DNA of 64,000 bases, from positions 35,127 through 99,126 of IMG/VR virus record IMGVR_UViG_3300007513_000015; one strand, written 5' to 3'. Of this stretch, positions 30,313 to 40,122 are shown in pieces. The translations under genes were made by a program, and so were the position numbers. The notes below the pieces were generated by a model that was given only the letters and a program-made list of their open reading frames with translations, did not search any database and had not been told where the DNA came from. The first letter of the stretch is position 1. Each line of letters starts with the position of its first letter. This stretch comes from a virus.

Positions 30313-31117
30313 AGTACAATCAGCAGAAGAATTAAGGGATTACGCATATCGTAAATTAGGATCTCCAAAAGTAGAGATTCAAGTTGATGATACTCAGGCG
30401 TATGATAGAATTGATGATGCTCTCCAACTATTTATTGAAAGACACTTTGATGGTGTTGAAGAGAAATTTGTTACTATCGAATTCACTGCTATAGATGAGG
30501 CAAATCAATTTATAACACTTGATGATGATATCATTGCTGTTACACGAATCTATGAGCCTGGGAAGTATTCTTCTGAGGCGATGGCTGATGTGCGTTATAG
30601 AATTATGTATGATGAAATGTTTGATATGACTAAGGTTAGTATGCAATACTACGAAATAACGATGGAACATCTGGAGATGGTCAATAGTTATTTTAATCTC
30701 GATAGAACTTTCACATTTAATAAAGCAACCAATCGCCTCTATTCGCATTCTGGAAAGATTATAGGCCCTAAGTGTTCTGATGTATCATATACAGATAAAA
30801 CAGCCTGTGAAGCGGCTGGAGAGACTTGGAGCGTTGGTAATTCAATGCTTGTGAGAGCGTGGAAAGCAGTCGTTCCTGATGAAGCCAATAGTTATGCAAT
30901 TGATGTATATAATGATGAGTGGGTCAAGAAATATGCTACTGCATTGATTAAACAACAGTGGGGAGCAAATATGAAGCAGTTTGACGGTATGCCTCTTCCT
31001 GGTGGTATCACTATAAATGGTCAGCAAGTTTGGGATGAAGCAAAAGAAGAGATTGAAAAACTCGAAGAAGAATTTTCACTTAATTACGAACTACCTGTCA
31101 ACTTCATTGTAGGATAA
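30305..31117 (+). CDS. gp13: Neck protein gp13
   Basis: YRKLGSPKVEIQV; WVKKYATALIKQQWG; LPGGITING. Confidence 0.93.
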   Translation: MAKVQSAEELRDYAYRKLGSPKVEIQVDDTQAYDRIDDALQLFIERHFDGVEEKFVTIEFTAIDEANQFITLDDDIIAVTRIYEPGKYSSEAMADVRYRIMYDEMFDMTKVSMQYYEITMEHLEMVNSYFNLDRTFTFNKATNRLYSHSGKIIGPKCSDVSYTDKTACEAAGETWSVGNSMLVRAWKAVVPDEANSYAIDVYNDEWVKKYATALIKQQWGANMKQFDGMPLPGGITINGQQVWDEAKEEIEKLEEEFSLNYELPVNFIVG

Positions 31118-31121
31118 TAAA

Positions 31122-31736
31122 ATGGGTATGTTTGATAATATGTCCAAATCACCAATGATTAAGGATATGATCGAAGAAGTAGTTGCTGTTGTGGGGTTTG
31201 AAGCAAAATATCTACCACGCAAGTATGGTGCAACTGTTGATCCTATTTTTGGTGAAGATCCAACAAGCAAATTTGACACTGTTTGGACACTAAATATTCT
31301 CGTAGATGAATACCAAGATTATGGTGATGTAGGAGATTTCTATTCTAAATTCGGAGTTCAAGTTACTGATGAAATGAAGGTGACTTTCACTAAGAAAGAA
31401 TTTGCTGAGGAAACCACGGACACTTCTGATGATACTCCTATCGCTGGAGATTTACTATTCTTCACTGATGCAGAAGCATTATTTGAGGTCACATTTGTTG
31501 GAAATGATTCTATGTTTTATCCAACTCCCGATGGACCACAACACGTTTGGCAACTAACTCTTAAACCTTGGGAATATGGTCACGAAAATATTGATGTTGT
31601 TGATACTGAAATTGAAGCACTTGAGGCAGATATTCAAAGTTCAATTGACAAAGAACTAGGCACTCCGGATTGGGACGTAGAGGATGATGAAGTTCTTGAC
31701 TTCACAGAAATGAATCCATTTGGGACGGTGAATTAA
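31122..31736 (+). CDS. gp14: Neck protein gp14
   Basis: YLPR, FGEDP, SKFGVQVTDE, GDLLFF, NPFG C-terminus. Confidence 0.92.
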   Translation: MGMFDNMSKSPMIKDMIEEVVAVVGFEAKYLPRKYGATVDPIFGEDPTSKFDTVWTLNILVDEYQDYGDVGDFYSKFGVQVTDEMKVTFTKKEFAEETTDTSDDTPIAGDLLFFTDAEALFEVTFVGNDSMFYPTPDGPQHVWQLTLKPWEYGHENIDVVDTEIEALEADIQSSIDKELGTPDWDVEDDEVLDFTEMNPFGTVN

Positions 31737-31737
31737 T

Positions 31738-32538
31738 ATGTTTGGAACTACTTTTTATCACGGAACCGCAAGAAAACTAATCGTTGCTTTTGGATCGGTA
31801 TTTAATAACATACACGTCCAGAGGAAAGAGGACGATGGATCATTAATTAAAGATATCAAAGTTCCATTAGCATATGAATCACAAAAGAAATATTTGGCGC
31901 GTTTAATAAAGGATGCTAAAAAGAATAAACAAGTTCCTAGAATGGGATTTGTGATGAATGATATTCAAGCGGACCTATCAAGAGCCACAAATCAGATGAA
32001 TGAATTAAGATTCTCTCATACTGATGTTAATAAAGCTCATAAAATATATTCGCCTATTCCATACAACTTCGGATTTTCGCTTGATATCTATGTTGATTAT
32101 ATGGATGATGGGTTGCAAATTATAGAACAAATATTACCATACTTTCAACCAGATTTCAACATTGTTATTGAAGAAATACCTGAATTGGATATGAAGAGAG
32201 ATATTCCTATTGAATTATCTGGCGTTACTATGACAGATGAATTTGAGGGAGAATTTGGTGAACATAGAATTGTAAACTGGACACTTGATTTTATTGTTAA
32301 AGGATGGATGTATCCGCCTATTAGAGAACAAGGAATAATCAAGAAAGTTACTGCAAATTATATGATTGGGGATTTTGATCCAAATGCACCAATTGTAGAA
32401 CAAGTCAAAGAAACTGTAAATCCGTGGACTGCGGACGTTACTGATGATTGGACAACTACAATCGAGGTCGGTCATCCAGACGATCCAACCGATCCATCTG
32501 ACACTGATACAATGAGTGAAGTCAAATGGCCATTATGA
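31738..32538 (+). CDS. gp15: Tail terminator/sheath stabilizer gp15
   Basis: FYH...IVAFGSVFNNI, KVPLAY, QIIEQILPYFQP. Confidence 0.93.
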   Translation: MFGTTFYHGTARKLIVAFGSVFNNIHVQRKEDDGSLIKDIKVPLAYESQKKYLARLIKDAKKNKQVPRMGFVMNDIQADLSRATNQMNELRFSHTDVNKAHKIYSPIPYNFGFSLDIYVDYMDDGLQIIEQILPYFQPDFNIVIEEIPELDMKRDIPIELSGVTMTDEFEGEFGEHRIVNWTLDFIVKGWMYPPIREQGIIKKVTANYMIGDFDPNAPIVEQVKETVNPWTADVTDDWTTTIEVGHPDDPTDPSDTDTMSEVKWPL

Positions 32539-32550
32539 TGAGAATACAAT

Positions 32551-33036
32551 ATGACAAAGAAATCTGTAGACGAACGGTTAGATGCTGAGTTAGATATAGC
32601 CGAAAATATAATTGACGAATTTGAGCATCCTGAAATAGTAGAGGGTGAAGAAACTCGTATTGTTAATACTAGAAGAGAACGTGGACTTGCTCCTCGTGCT
32701 AGTGTAAATTCAAATCCTGATACTGGCGACCTAGATAATGACTATTCATACGCCAGAGACAATCTTTACAATCTCATAGAAAGAGGTAATGATGCTCTTG
32801 AGGGAATTCTTGAGTTAGCAAAAGAGATGGAGCATCCTAGAGCCTATGAAGTTGCTAGTGGACTAATCAAAACTGTAGGTGATACAACAATGGAGTTGTT
32901 GAAGATGCAGAAAGAATTGAAGTTGATGAAAGACGAGACACAATCACCAAACGGCACAACAAATAATAATCTATATGTTGGATCTACTGCTGATTTACAA
33001 GAATTATTAAAAGGTAAGACACTCGATGGACAATAA
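32551..33036 (+). CDS. gp16: Terminase small subunit gp16
   Basis: DYSYARDNL, HPRAYEVA, NNNLYVGST. Confidence 0.92.
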   Translation: MTKKSVDERLDAELDIAENIIDEFEHPEIVEGEETRIVNTRRERGLAPRASVNSNPDTGDLDNDYSYARDNLYNLIERGNDALEGILELAKEMEHPRAYEVASGLIKTVGDTTMELLKMQKELKLMKDETQSPNGTTNNNLYVGSTADLQELLKGKTLDGQ

Positions 33037-33277
33037 AACAATAAGAATTCAGAACTTTAGCCTAATTACTATTATCGCTATTGTTATGTTCACTGCTATG
33101 ACATTGATGGATTTAGTGCGTGATGTGAATAATATCAAACACTTTATTACGGAGCGACAAGAAATGCCAAATAAAGTTAAAGCGTATGCTAGACAACAGA
33201 TTAATCTTCATATCGAAGAAGATAAAATTTGGCAGAATAGAATTGAACAGAAGATAGATAGATTAATAAAAGAATAG
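33026..33277 (+). CDS. Hypothetical protein with N-terminal TM
   Basis: Fills the gap between gp16 and gp17; hydrophobic N-terminus. Confidence 0.55.
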   Translation: MDNKTIRIQNFSLITIIAIVMFTAMTLMDLVRDVNNIKHFITERQEMPNKVKAYARQQINLHIEEDKIWQNRIEQKIDRLIKE

Positions 33278-33292
33278 AAGAAAAATTATATT

Positions 33293-34867
33293 ATGGCAAC
33301 AACAACTTATCTCGGTAATCCTCTTCTAAAGCGAGTAAATGTCCCGTATGAGTACACCGAAGAAGAAATCAAAGAGTATGTAAAGTGTAGAGATAATCCT
33401 ATTTACTTTATTAAGAACTATATTCACATTGTTAATGTAGATAAGGGACTGATGAAGTTTGAGTTATATCCATTCCAAGAAAAACTTGTGAAAGGTCTTT
33501 ATGCTAATAGATTTTCAATCGTAAAATGTCCTAGACAGTCTGGTAAATCACAGACAAGCCTAGCGTTTATGCTCCACTACATTCTTTTCAATGATCAGAA
33601 GAATGTTGCTATTCTTGCTAATAAGGGAGCCACTGCTAGGGAACTTCTTGGCCGTGTTCAAATGGCATACGAAAGACTTCCTAAATTTCTTCAACAAGGA
33701 GTTGTTGAGTGGAACAAAGGCTCAATAGAACTTGAGAATGGTAGTCGAGTATTAGCTGGTTCTACATCTTCAAGTGCTATTCGTGGATACTCTTTCAATC
33801 TAATCTTTCTTGATGAGTTTGCATTCATCCAACAGAATATGGCAGAGGACTTCTTCCGATCTGTATATCCAACAATCTCTTCTGGTCATTCATCAAAAGT
33901 AATTATCGTTTCTACTCCGAATGGTATGAATCACTTCTATAAGATGTGGATTGATGCAGTTGAGAAGCGTTCTAATTATATGGCATTTGAAATTAACTGG
34001 TGGGATGTACCTGGACGTGATGAAGAATGGAAGAAGCAAACCATAGCAAATACAAGCGAAGAGCAATTCAGACAAGAATTTGAATGTGAGTTCCTAGGTT
34101 CTTCTGGTACACTAATTACTCCAGGCAAGATTGCCGCAATGGTGATGAAAGAGCCGTTGAGAAGAAAAGACAATCTTGATGTATATGAAGAAACATTACA
34201 CGATCATCAATATTTTTTAACTGTTGATGTTGCAGAAGGTAGAGGACAAGATTATTCAACAATAAATGTTGTGGATGTCACTGAATTACCTTTCAAACAG
34301 GTTGCTAAATACCGTTCAAATACAATATCACCATTACTATTTCCAAGTATCATTCTACAATTAGCGAATGCTTATAATGAAGCAACTGTATTGATCGAAT
34401 CGAATGGGCCAGGTGGCGAAGTGGCCAATATTCTCCATTATGATTTGGAATATGAAAACACGATTAATGAATCAGGGGTTTTTAATAAATTAGGTCATAA
34501 AATGACGAAGAAAGTTAAGGCAGTTGGTTGTTCTAATTTAAAAGACTTGATTGAAAATGACAAACTGATTATTAATGATTTGGAGACTATTTCAGAATTG
34601 TCTATGTTTATCGTAAAAGGCAAATCTTGGGCAGCGGAGGAGGGAGGACACGATGATTTAGTAATGGGGCTTGTGATGTTCTCGTGGTTCTCCACACAAC
34701 CTATGTTCAAAGAACTTAATGATATTGAGTTGAGAACAAAATTATATGATGGTCATATTAAAGAAATTGAGGATGATTTAACCCCGTTTGGATTTATTGA
34801 AGATGGACACGATGAGATTGAACAGGTTGTTGTTGAGGGAGGCGAAATCTGGCAAGTAGTGGGTTAG
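33293..34867 (+). CDS. gp17: Terminase large subunit gp17
   Basis: YLGNP, PRQSGKS Walker A, IFLDEFAF, STPNGMNHFY, DVAEGRGQDYS, HDDLVM. Confidence 0.97.
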   Translation: MATTTYLGNPLLKRVNVPYEYTEEEIKEYVKCRDNPIYFIKNYIHIVNVDKGLMKFELYPFQEKLVKGLYANRFSIVKCPRQSGKSQTSLAFMLHYILFNDQKNVAILANKGATARELLGRVQMAYERLPKFLQQGVVEWNKGSIELENGSRVLAGSTSSSAIRGYSFNLIFLDEFAFIQQNMAEDFFRSVYPTISSGHSSKVIIVSTPNGMNHFYKMWIDAVEKRSNYMAFEINWWDVPGRDEEWKKQTIANTSEEQFRQEFECEFLGSSGTLITPGKIAAMVMKEPLRRKDNLDVYEETLHDHQYFLTVDVAEGRGQDYSTINVVDVTELPFKQVAKYRSNTISPLLFPSIILQLANAYNEATVLIESNGPGGEVANILHYDLEYENTINESGVFNKLGHKMTKKVKAVGCSNLKDLIENDKLIINDLETISELSMFIVKGKSWAAEEGGHDDLVMGLVMFSWFSTQPMFKELNDIELRTKLYDGHIKEIEDDLTPFGFIEDGHDEIEQVVVEGGEIWQVVG

Positions 34868-34879
34868 AAAAGACAATTT

Positions 34880-34887
34880 TATAAATA
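34880..34887 (+). promoter_or_regulatory. Late promoter TATAAATA
   Basis: Exact consensus upstream of gp18. Confidence 0.8.
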
Positions 34888-34950
34888 GTTGCAATGATTG
34901 AAGAATAAATCAATCAGAAACGAATAATTTTTAATAATAGGAGAAAAACG

Positions 34951-36663
34951 ATGGGATTTCAATTAAGCCCAGGCGTACAAACGAAAGAAATCGATTTGTC
35001 TACGTCTATTCCTGCGGTTGCTACCTCTTTAGGTGCTACAGTTGGTCGTTTTACTTGGGGACCTTGCGATGAGCCTTATCTTTGCACCTCAGAAAATGAT
35101 CTAGTTAGTGTTTTCGGTCAGCCAACCAATGATACATATCCAGCGTTTCTTTCTTCTGCGGCCTTCTTGAAGTATGCTAATTCACTTCAAGTTATGCGTG
35201 TTGTTGATGAGGGTGCTATGAATGCTGCCCCTTCTGGTAACGTAACACAAATTAAGGGACAAGAAGATTTTGAAACACAACAAGATTCTGGTACTTTGAC
35301 AGAGGGATTTTATGCCCGCTATCCTGGTACATATGGTAACGGAATTTCAGTAGAAACTCATTCAGGTGATGGTACTTGGAGTGCTTGGTCACTTGCAAGT
35401 GCATTTGATGTACAACCTGATCCATCTAATAATGAAATGGCTGTTGCTGTTATCGTTGGTGGTGAAGTGGTAGAATCTTATCTTGTAGGTACTGCCGAAG
35501 GTACAAGAGACACTATGGGTGTTAATATCTTTGCCGAAGAAGTTATCAATAAACAATCTAAGCTAGTATGGGTTAACGCAAGTGAGGTAACTAATTCTGG
35601 ACCAGGCACTGTTGCATTTAGTGGCGGTATCGCTGTTTCTGCTGGTGTTGATGCACACTGTGACGATGGTTCTGCTGATGATCAGACTGCTTGTGAAGGT
35701 GCTGGAAACACTTGGGTTCCTGCTGTTGCGGCTGGTACTGTTGGTATTAACGAATATCAAGCTGGCTGGGACAAGTTTGTAAACGCTGATGAAATCAATG
35801 TTAGTCTATTGATTGCTGGCGGTGTTTCTAACGAGCCTACTGCTACCGTATCTGCTGTTGAGAAGTATATGGTAGAGTCTATTGCAGAAGCACGTAAAGA
35901 TTGTATTGCCGCTTTATCACCTCCAAAAGAGCAGGTTGTTAATGTTGGTGGTGCTACTAATGCTGTAAATAATGTACAAGACTGGAGAGTTGATGTTGGT
36001 TTCAATGTTGCATCTTCATATGGTACTCTTGACGGTAACTATAAGTACACATACGATAAGTATAATGACACATATCGCTGGATTGGATTCAGTGCTGATG
36101 TTGCTGGCCTTATGGCTCATACTGATTCAGTTCGTGATGCTTGGTGGTCACCAGGTGGTCTGAATCGTGGTAAGATTAAGGGTGTTGTTAAGTTAGCATA
36201 CCAGCCAACTCAAGCACATAGAGACCAATTGTATATGCTTCCTTATGGAATCAATCCAATTGTAACTTTCCCTGGTCAAGGTACTGTTCTTTGGGGTGAT
36301 CGCACACTACTGACTAAACCTTCTGCATTTGATAGAATCAATGTACGTAGATTGTTTATCATTCTTGAGAAAGCGATTGCAATTTCTAGTAAATACTTCT
36401 TGTTTGAATTCAATAATGAATTCACTCGTACTAATTTCAGAAATATGGTTAATCCATATCTTGCTGGCATTAAAGCGAAACAGGGAATGTATGACTTCTA
36501 TGTACAGTGTGATAGCACTAACAATACACCAGAAGTTATTGACGGTAACGAGTTTGTTGCTAGTATTTTCATTAAACCATCTAAATCAATTAACTTTATC
36601 ACACTAAACTTTGTTGCTACAAAGACTGGTGTTGATTTTAGTGAAGTGATTGGACAAGTATAA
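34951..36663 (+). CDS. gp18: Tail sheath protein gp18
   Basis: LSPGVQTKEIDL, WWSPGGLNRG, FDRINVRRLF, IKPSKSINFITLNFVAT. Confidence 0.97.
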   Translation: MGFQLSPGVQTKEIDLSTSIPAVATSLGATVGRFTWGPCDEPYLCTSENDLVSVFGQPTNDTYPAFLSSAAFLKYANSLQVMRVVDEGAMNAAPSGNVTQIKGQEDFETQQDSGTLTEGFYARYPGTYGNGISVETHSGDGTWSAWSLASAFDVQPDPSNNEMAVAVIVGGEVVESYLVGTAEGTRDTMGVNIFAEEVINKQSKLVWVNASEVTNSGPGTVAFSGGIAVSAGVDAHCDDGSADDQTACEGAGNTWVPAVAAGTVGINEYQAGWDKFVNADEINVSLLIAGGVSNEPTATVSAVEKYMVESIAEARKDCIAALSPPKEQVVNVGGATNAVNNVQDWRVDVGFNVASSYGTLDGNYKYTYDKYNDTYRWIGFSADVAGLMAHTDSVRDAWWSPGGLNRGKIKGVVKLAYQPTQAHRDQLYMLPYGINPIVTFPGQGTVLWGDRTLLTKPSAFDRINVRRLFIILEKAIAISSKYFLFEFNNEFTRTNFRNMVNPYLAGIKAKQGMYDFYVQCDSTNNTPEVIDGNEFVASIFIKPSKSINFITLNFVATKTGVDFSEVIGQV

Positions 36664-36678
36664 TAGGAGGGTAAGAAA

Positions 36679-37200
36679 ATGGCTGATTTTAATGTAAGTG
36701 CGTTTACCCAGCAATACGCAGATGATTATGCACGTCCTAATCTATTTGAAGTTGAGATTCAAGATCTTGGCGGCCAAGCAGTATGTAAGGCAGCATCATT
36801 GCCTGCCGCTACTGTAGGTGTGGTTGAAGTTCCATATCAGAATCGTAAACTTAAAGTACCTGGTGATCGTGTATTCCAAGATTGGACTGTCACTATTATC
36901 AATGATGATGCATATTCTTTACGTGATGGATTATTGCAATGGCAGAATGGTATCCAAGGCGACTTGGATATGACACAAGGGAATGGTGGTGTTGGTCCTT
37001 CGCATAGAAGTATCACAGTTCGTCCTTTTGACAGAGATGGCTCGGCAGGTTTAGGTGCTGTTGATTTATATGGGTGGCCATCTGAAATCGGTGCTATTGA
37101 TTTATCTTGGGAAACTAATGATGCAGTGCAAGAATACACTGTAACATTCTCCATCTCTTGGGATAACTCATATAGTGGTGATAATGTTGCGGCCCTATAA
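36679..37200 (+). CDS. gp19: Tail tube protein gp19
   Basis: ARPNLFEV, CKAASLP, PGDRVFQDWTVT, WPSEIGAIDLSW. Confidence 0.95.
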   Translation: MADFNVSAFTQQYADDYARPNLFEVEIQDLGGQAVCKAASLPAATVGVVEVPYQNRKLKVPGDRVFQDWTVTIINDDAYSLRDGLLQWQNGIQGDLDMTQGNGGVGPSHRSITVRPFDRDGSAGLGAVDLYGWPSEIGAIDLSWETNDAVQEYTVTFSISWDNSYSGDNVAAL

Positions 37201-37204
37201 TCAT

Positions 37205-37212
37205 TATAAATA
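37205..37212 (+). promoter_or_regulatory. Late promoter TATAAATA
   Basis: Exact consensus upstream of gp20. Confidence 0.75.
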
Positions 37213-37247
37213 ATATTACGATATTATAAGTAAGGATTATTAACTAA

Positions 37248-38756
37248 ATGGAACTATTCGGATATAAGATTGAGAAGAAGATCGGCTCATCTGTGGTCAA
37301 CAAGAGTGTAAAATCTTTTGTTGCACCAGATTTAGATGATGGTTCTACCGTTGTTGACGGAGGAGGTATTAACGCCTTCTCCGTCAATTTCGACACTGCT
37401 TTTAAGACTCAACAAGAATTAATTGATAAATATCGACAATTCGCAAGACAGCCTGAAGCTGAATCTGCTATTGATGATATTATTAATGAGGCTATTGTAT
37501 TGGACCCCTATAAGGATCCAGTAACAATATTGCTTGATAAGTTAGACACGGTGGATGTTTCTAAGAAAATTAAGGATACTATCCAAGAAGAGTTTAACAT
37601 TATTTCTAAGAAATTAGAATTTAATTCATCAGGGCCTGAAATTTTCAGACGTTGGTACGAAGATGGCGCAATCCATTTTCATATTATTTTCGATAACGAT
37701 AATATCAAGAAAGGTATTAAAGAATTACGCTATATTGATGCAACAAACATCAAAAAAGTGAAAGAAGTTATCAAAGAAAAAGATAATAATGGAGTGGAGA
37801 TTGTTAAGGGTGTTGATGAGTATTGGGTATACTCGAAAGAAAGCAGAGGGATTACACAAACCCTAAAAGTTGCTTTGGAAGCAGTTGCTACTGCTGATAG
37901 TGGACTTCACGACAAAGAGAAAGAGGTAACTATGTCGTATCTCCATAAGGCAATGAAACCCATTAACCAATTGCGTATGTTAGAAGATGCAATGGTTATT
38001 TATCGAATTACAAGGGCTCCCGAAAGACGGGTGTTCTATATTGATGTTGGTAATCTACCGAAATCAAAAGCAGAACAATATCTACGAAACATTATGAACA
38101 AGTTCAAGAATAAGATGGTTTATGATGCTTCAACGGGTTCTGTTAAAGACGGCAAAGATACAATGTCAATGATGGAAGATTTCTGGCTACCCCGAAAAGA
38201 GGGCGGTAGAGGAACAGAAGTAGAGACACTGCCAGGCGGTCAAAATCTTGGCGATATGGAAGATGTTATTTACTTCCAAAAGAAAGTATATCAAGCATTA
38301 CACGTTCCATCAAGTAGAATGGATACAGAATCCTCGTGGTCTTTTTCGAGAAGCGGGGAAATCACAAGAGATGAAATCAAATTCACTAAATTTGTAACAA
38401 AGTTGAGAAAAAAATTCTCTGATTTATTATATTCATTATTAAGAACACAACTCCTTGCTAAGGGTATTATTGATAAAGGCGAATGGAATATATATAAAGA
38501 GAATATTGACTTTGCCTTTGAGGATGATGGTTACTTCACTGAGATTAAGAAAATTGAAATGATGAAAGAGCGTATTGAAATGCTTGACACTATTTCAAAT
38601 AATAATATTATCGGTCGTTATTATTCTGTTGAGTGGGTACGTAAAAATGTACTGATGCAAACAGAAGAAGATATGGAAGCGATGGATAAACAAATGGAAA
38701 AAGAAAAGGCCGCTACACCCAAAAATGATGAAGGTGAATCGGATGATTTCTATTGA
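37248..38756 (+). CDS. gp20: Portal protein gp20
   Basis: YRITRAPERRVFYIDVGNLP, EDFWLPRKEGGRGTE, ITRDE. Confidence 0.97.
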   Translation: MELFGYKIEKKIGSSVVNKSVKSFVAPDLDDGSTVVDGGGINAFSVNFDTAFKTQQELIDKYRQFARQPEAESAIDDIINEAIVLDPYKDPVTILLDKLDTVDVSKKIKDTIQEEFNIISKKLEFNSSGPEIFRRWYEDGAIHFHIIFDNDNIKKGIKELRYIDATNIKKVKEVIKEKDNNGVEIVKGVDEYWVYSKESRGITQTLKVALEAVATADSGLHDKEKEVTMSYLHKAMKPINQLRMLEDAMVIYRITRAPERRVFYIDVGNLPKSKAEQYLRNIMNKFKNKMVYDASTGSVKDGKDTMSMMEDFWLPRKEGGRGTEVETLPGGQNLGDMEDVIYFQKKVYQALHVPSSRMDTESSWSFSRSGEITRDEIKFTKFVTKLRKKFSDLLYSLLRTQLLAKGIIDKGEWNIYKENIDFAFEDDGYFTEIKKIEMMKERIEMLDTISNNNIIGRYYSVEWVRKNVLMQTEEDMEAMDKQMEKEKAATPKNDEGESDDFY

Positions 38757-38768
38757 TAGGAGATAAAA

Positions 38769-38927
38769 ATGAGTAATATAGAAAAAATGATCCAATCGGC
38801 TCGTGATAAGAAAGCGAGTGTTTTCAGAGACACATTTAATAGTGAATTAGCAAATCGTGTTGCTGATAAATTAGACATAATGAAATCCTCTATAGCAAAA
38901 ACTCTATTCACTAAATCAGAGGACTAA
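38769..38927 (+). CDS. gp67: Prohead core protein gp67-like (52 aa, absent from the ORF track)
   Basis: GGAGA RBS; MSNIEKMIQSARDKKASVFRDTF...; position between gp20 and gp68. Confidence 0.6.
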   Translation: MSNIEKMIQSARDKKASVFRDTFNSELANRVADKLDIMKSSIAKTLFTKSED

Positions 38928-38931
38928 AAAG

Positions 38932-39378
38932 ATGAAATCATTCAAAATATTAAGAGAAGATTTGGAAGAATTATTCGATATTATTGAGTTCTCCGAAGAG
39001 TCTTGGAATGAGCTATCTGAGGAAGAACAAGCAGAGCTTGAAGAGGCCTCTAATGGTGGTGCTGTATGGACTAATACAGACGGCGACAAAGAAAAAGATG
39101 ATGAAGTGTTTGAGGATGAAGATATTGATGAAAATTCACCTAAAAGATATCAAGCACGTAACACACAAAAACGCAGAAAAACCCAACTCAATAAAGATAG
39201 AAACAAATTCAAGGATCGCAGTGTTAAACTAAAGGCGAAGATTGACCGTAAGAAAGGTAGCAATAAAGTTAAACGATTGAAATTAAGAAAGAAATGGATT
39301 CGTAGAAATAAATCAAAAATTGCTAATGCTAATAGAGTATTTGGTGGAAAAATCAAATCAAGATACACCAAGAAGTAG
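38932..39378 (+). CDS. gp68: Prohead core protein gp68-like
   Basis: Acidic N-half and K/R-rich C-half; immediately before gp21. Confidence 0.6.
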   Translation: MKSFKILREDLEELFDIIEFSEESWNELSEEEQAELEEASNGGAVWTNTDGDKEKDDEVFEDEDIDENSPKRYQARNTQKRRKTQLNKDRNKFKDRSVKLKAKIDRKKGSNKVKRLKLRKKWIRRNKSKIANANRVFGGKIKSRYTKK

Positions 39379-39387
39379 GAGAGGCGT

Positions 39388-40029
39388 ATGAGACTAATAT
39401 CAGAAGTTAATGAGTCTGTAGAATATATTACTGAAGGTAAGGGAAAGGACCTTTATATTGAGGGAGTATTTTTACAAGCAGACCTAAAGAATCGTAACGG
39501 TCGAGTATATCCTGGTGCGATTATGGAAAAGGAAGTTAATCGTTATACAGAAACATACATTAACAAGAAACGTGCATTTGGTGAGTTAGGTCATCCAGAA
39601 GGTCCAACTATTAATCTTGATCGTGTATCACATATTATCACTGAACTAAGGAAAGATGGTTCAAATTATATTGGTAAGGCTAAGATTACAGACACACCAC
39701 ACGGAAATATTGTCAAGAATCTTATTAATGAAGGTGCCCAACTTGGCGTTTCGTCAAGAGGTATGGGAACACTGAAAGCAAATAAGAAAGGAATTCAGGA
39801 AGTACAGGGTGACTTTTATCTTGCTACTGCCGCTGACATTGTGGCAGATCCATCTGCGCCAGATGCCTTTGTAAATGGTATTATGGAAGGTAAAGAATGG
39901 ATTTGGAACAATGGCATTATTCTTGAAAAAGATATTGCTGAAATGAATAAAACAATCAAAAATACGCCTAAGAGCCAGTTGACTGGGTTAGAAGCACGAA
40001 TTTTTGAAGATTTTATAAACAAGTTGTAG
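39388..40029 (+). CDS. gp21: Prohead protease gp21
   Basis: LYIEGVFLQ, NRNGRVY, GELGHP, GVSSRGMG, DPSAPDA. Confidence 0.96.
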   Translation: MRLISEVNESVEYITEGKGKDLYIEGVFLQADLKNRNGRVYPGAIMEKEVNRYTETYINKKRAFGELGHPEGPTINLDRVSHIITELRKDGSNYIGKAKITDTPHGNIVKNLINEGAQLGVSSRGMGTLKANKKGIQEVQGDFYLATAADIVADPSAPDAFVNGIMEGKEWIWNNGIILEKDIAEMNKTIKNTPKSQLTGLEARIFEDFINKL

Positions 40030-40058
40030 ATTTGCTACAATGTTAAAGTAATTAGTTT

Positions 40059-40066
40059 TATAAATA
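40059..40066 (+). promoter_or_regulatory. Late promoter TATAAATA
   Basis: Exact consensus upstream of gp22. Confidence 0.8.
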
Positions 40067-40122
40067 ATATTAATTAGCATAAAAACTAATTTTGATTAAT
40101 CAATAATGTTAGGAGAACCCTG

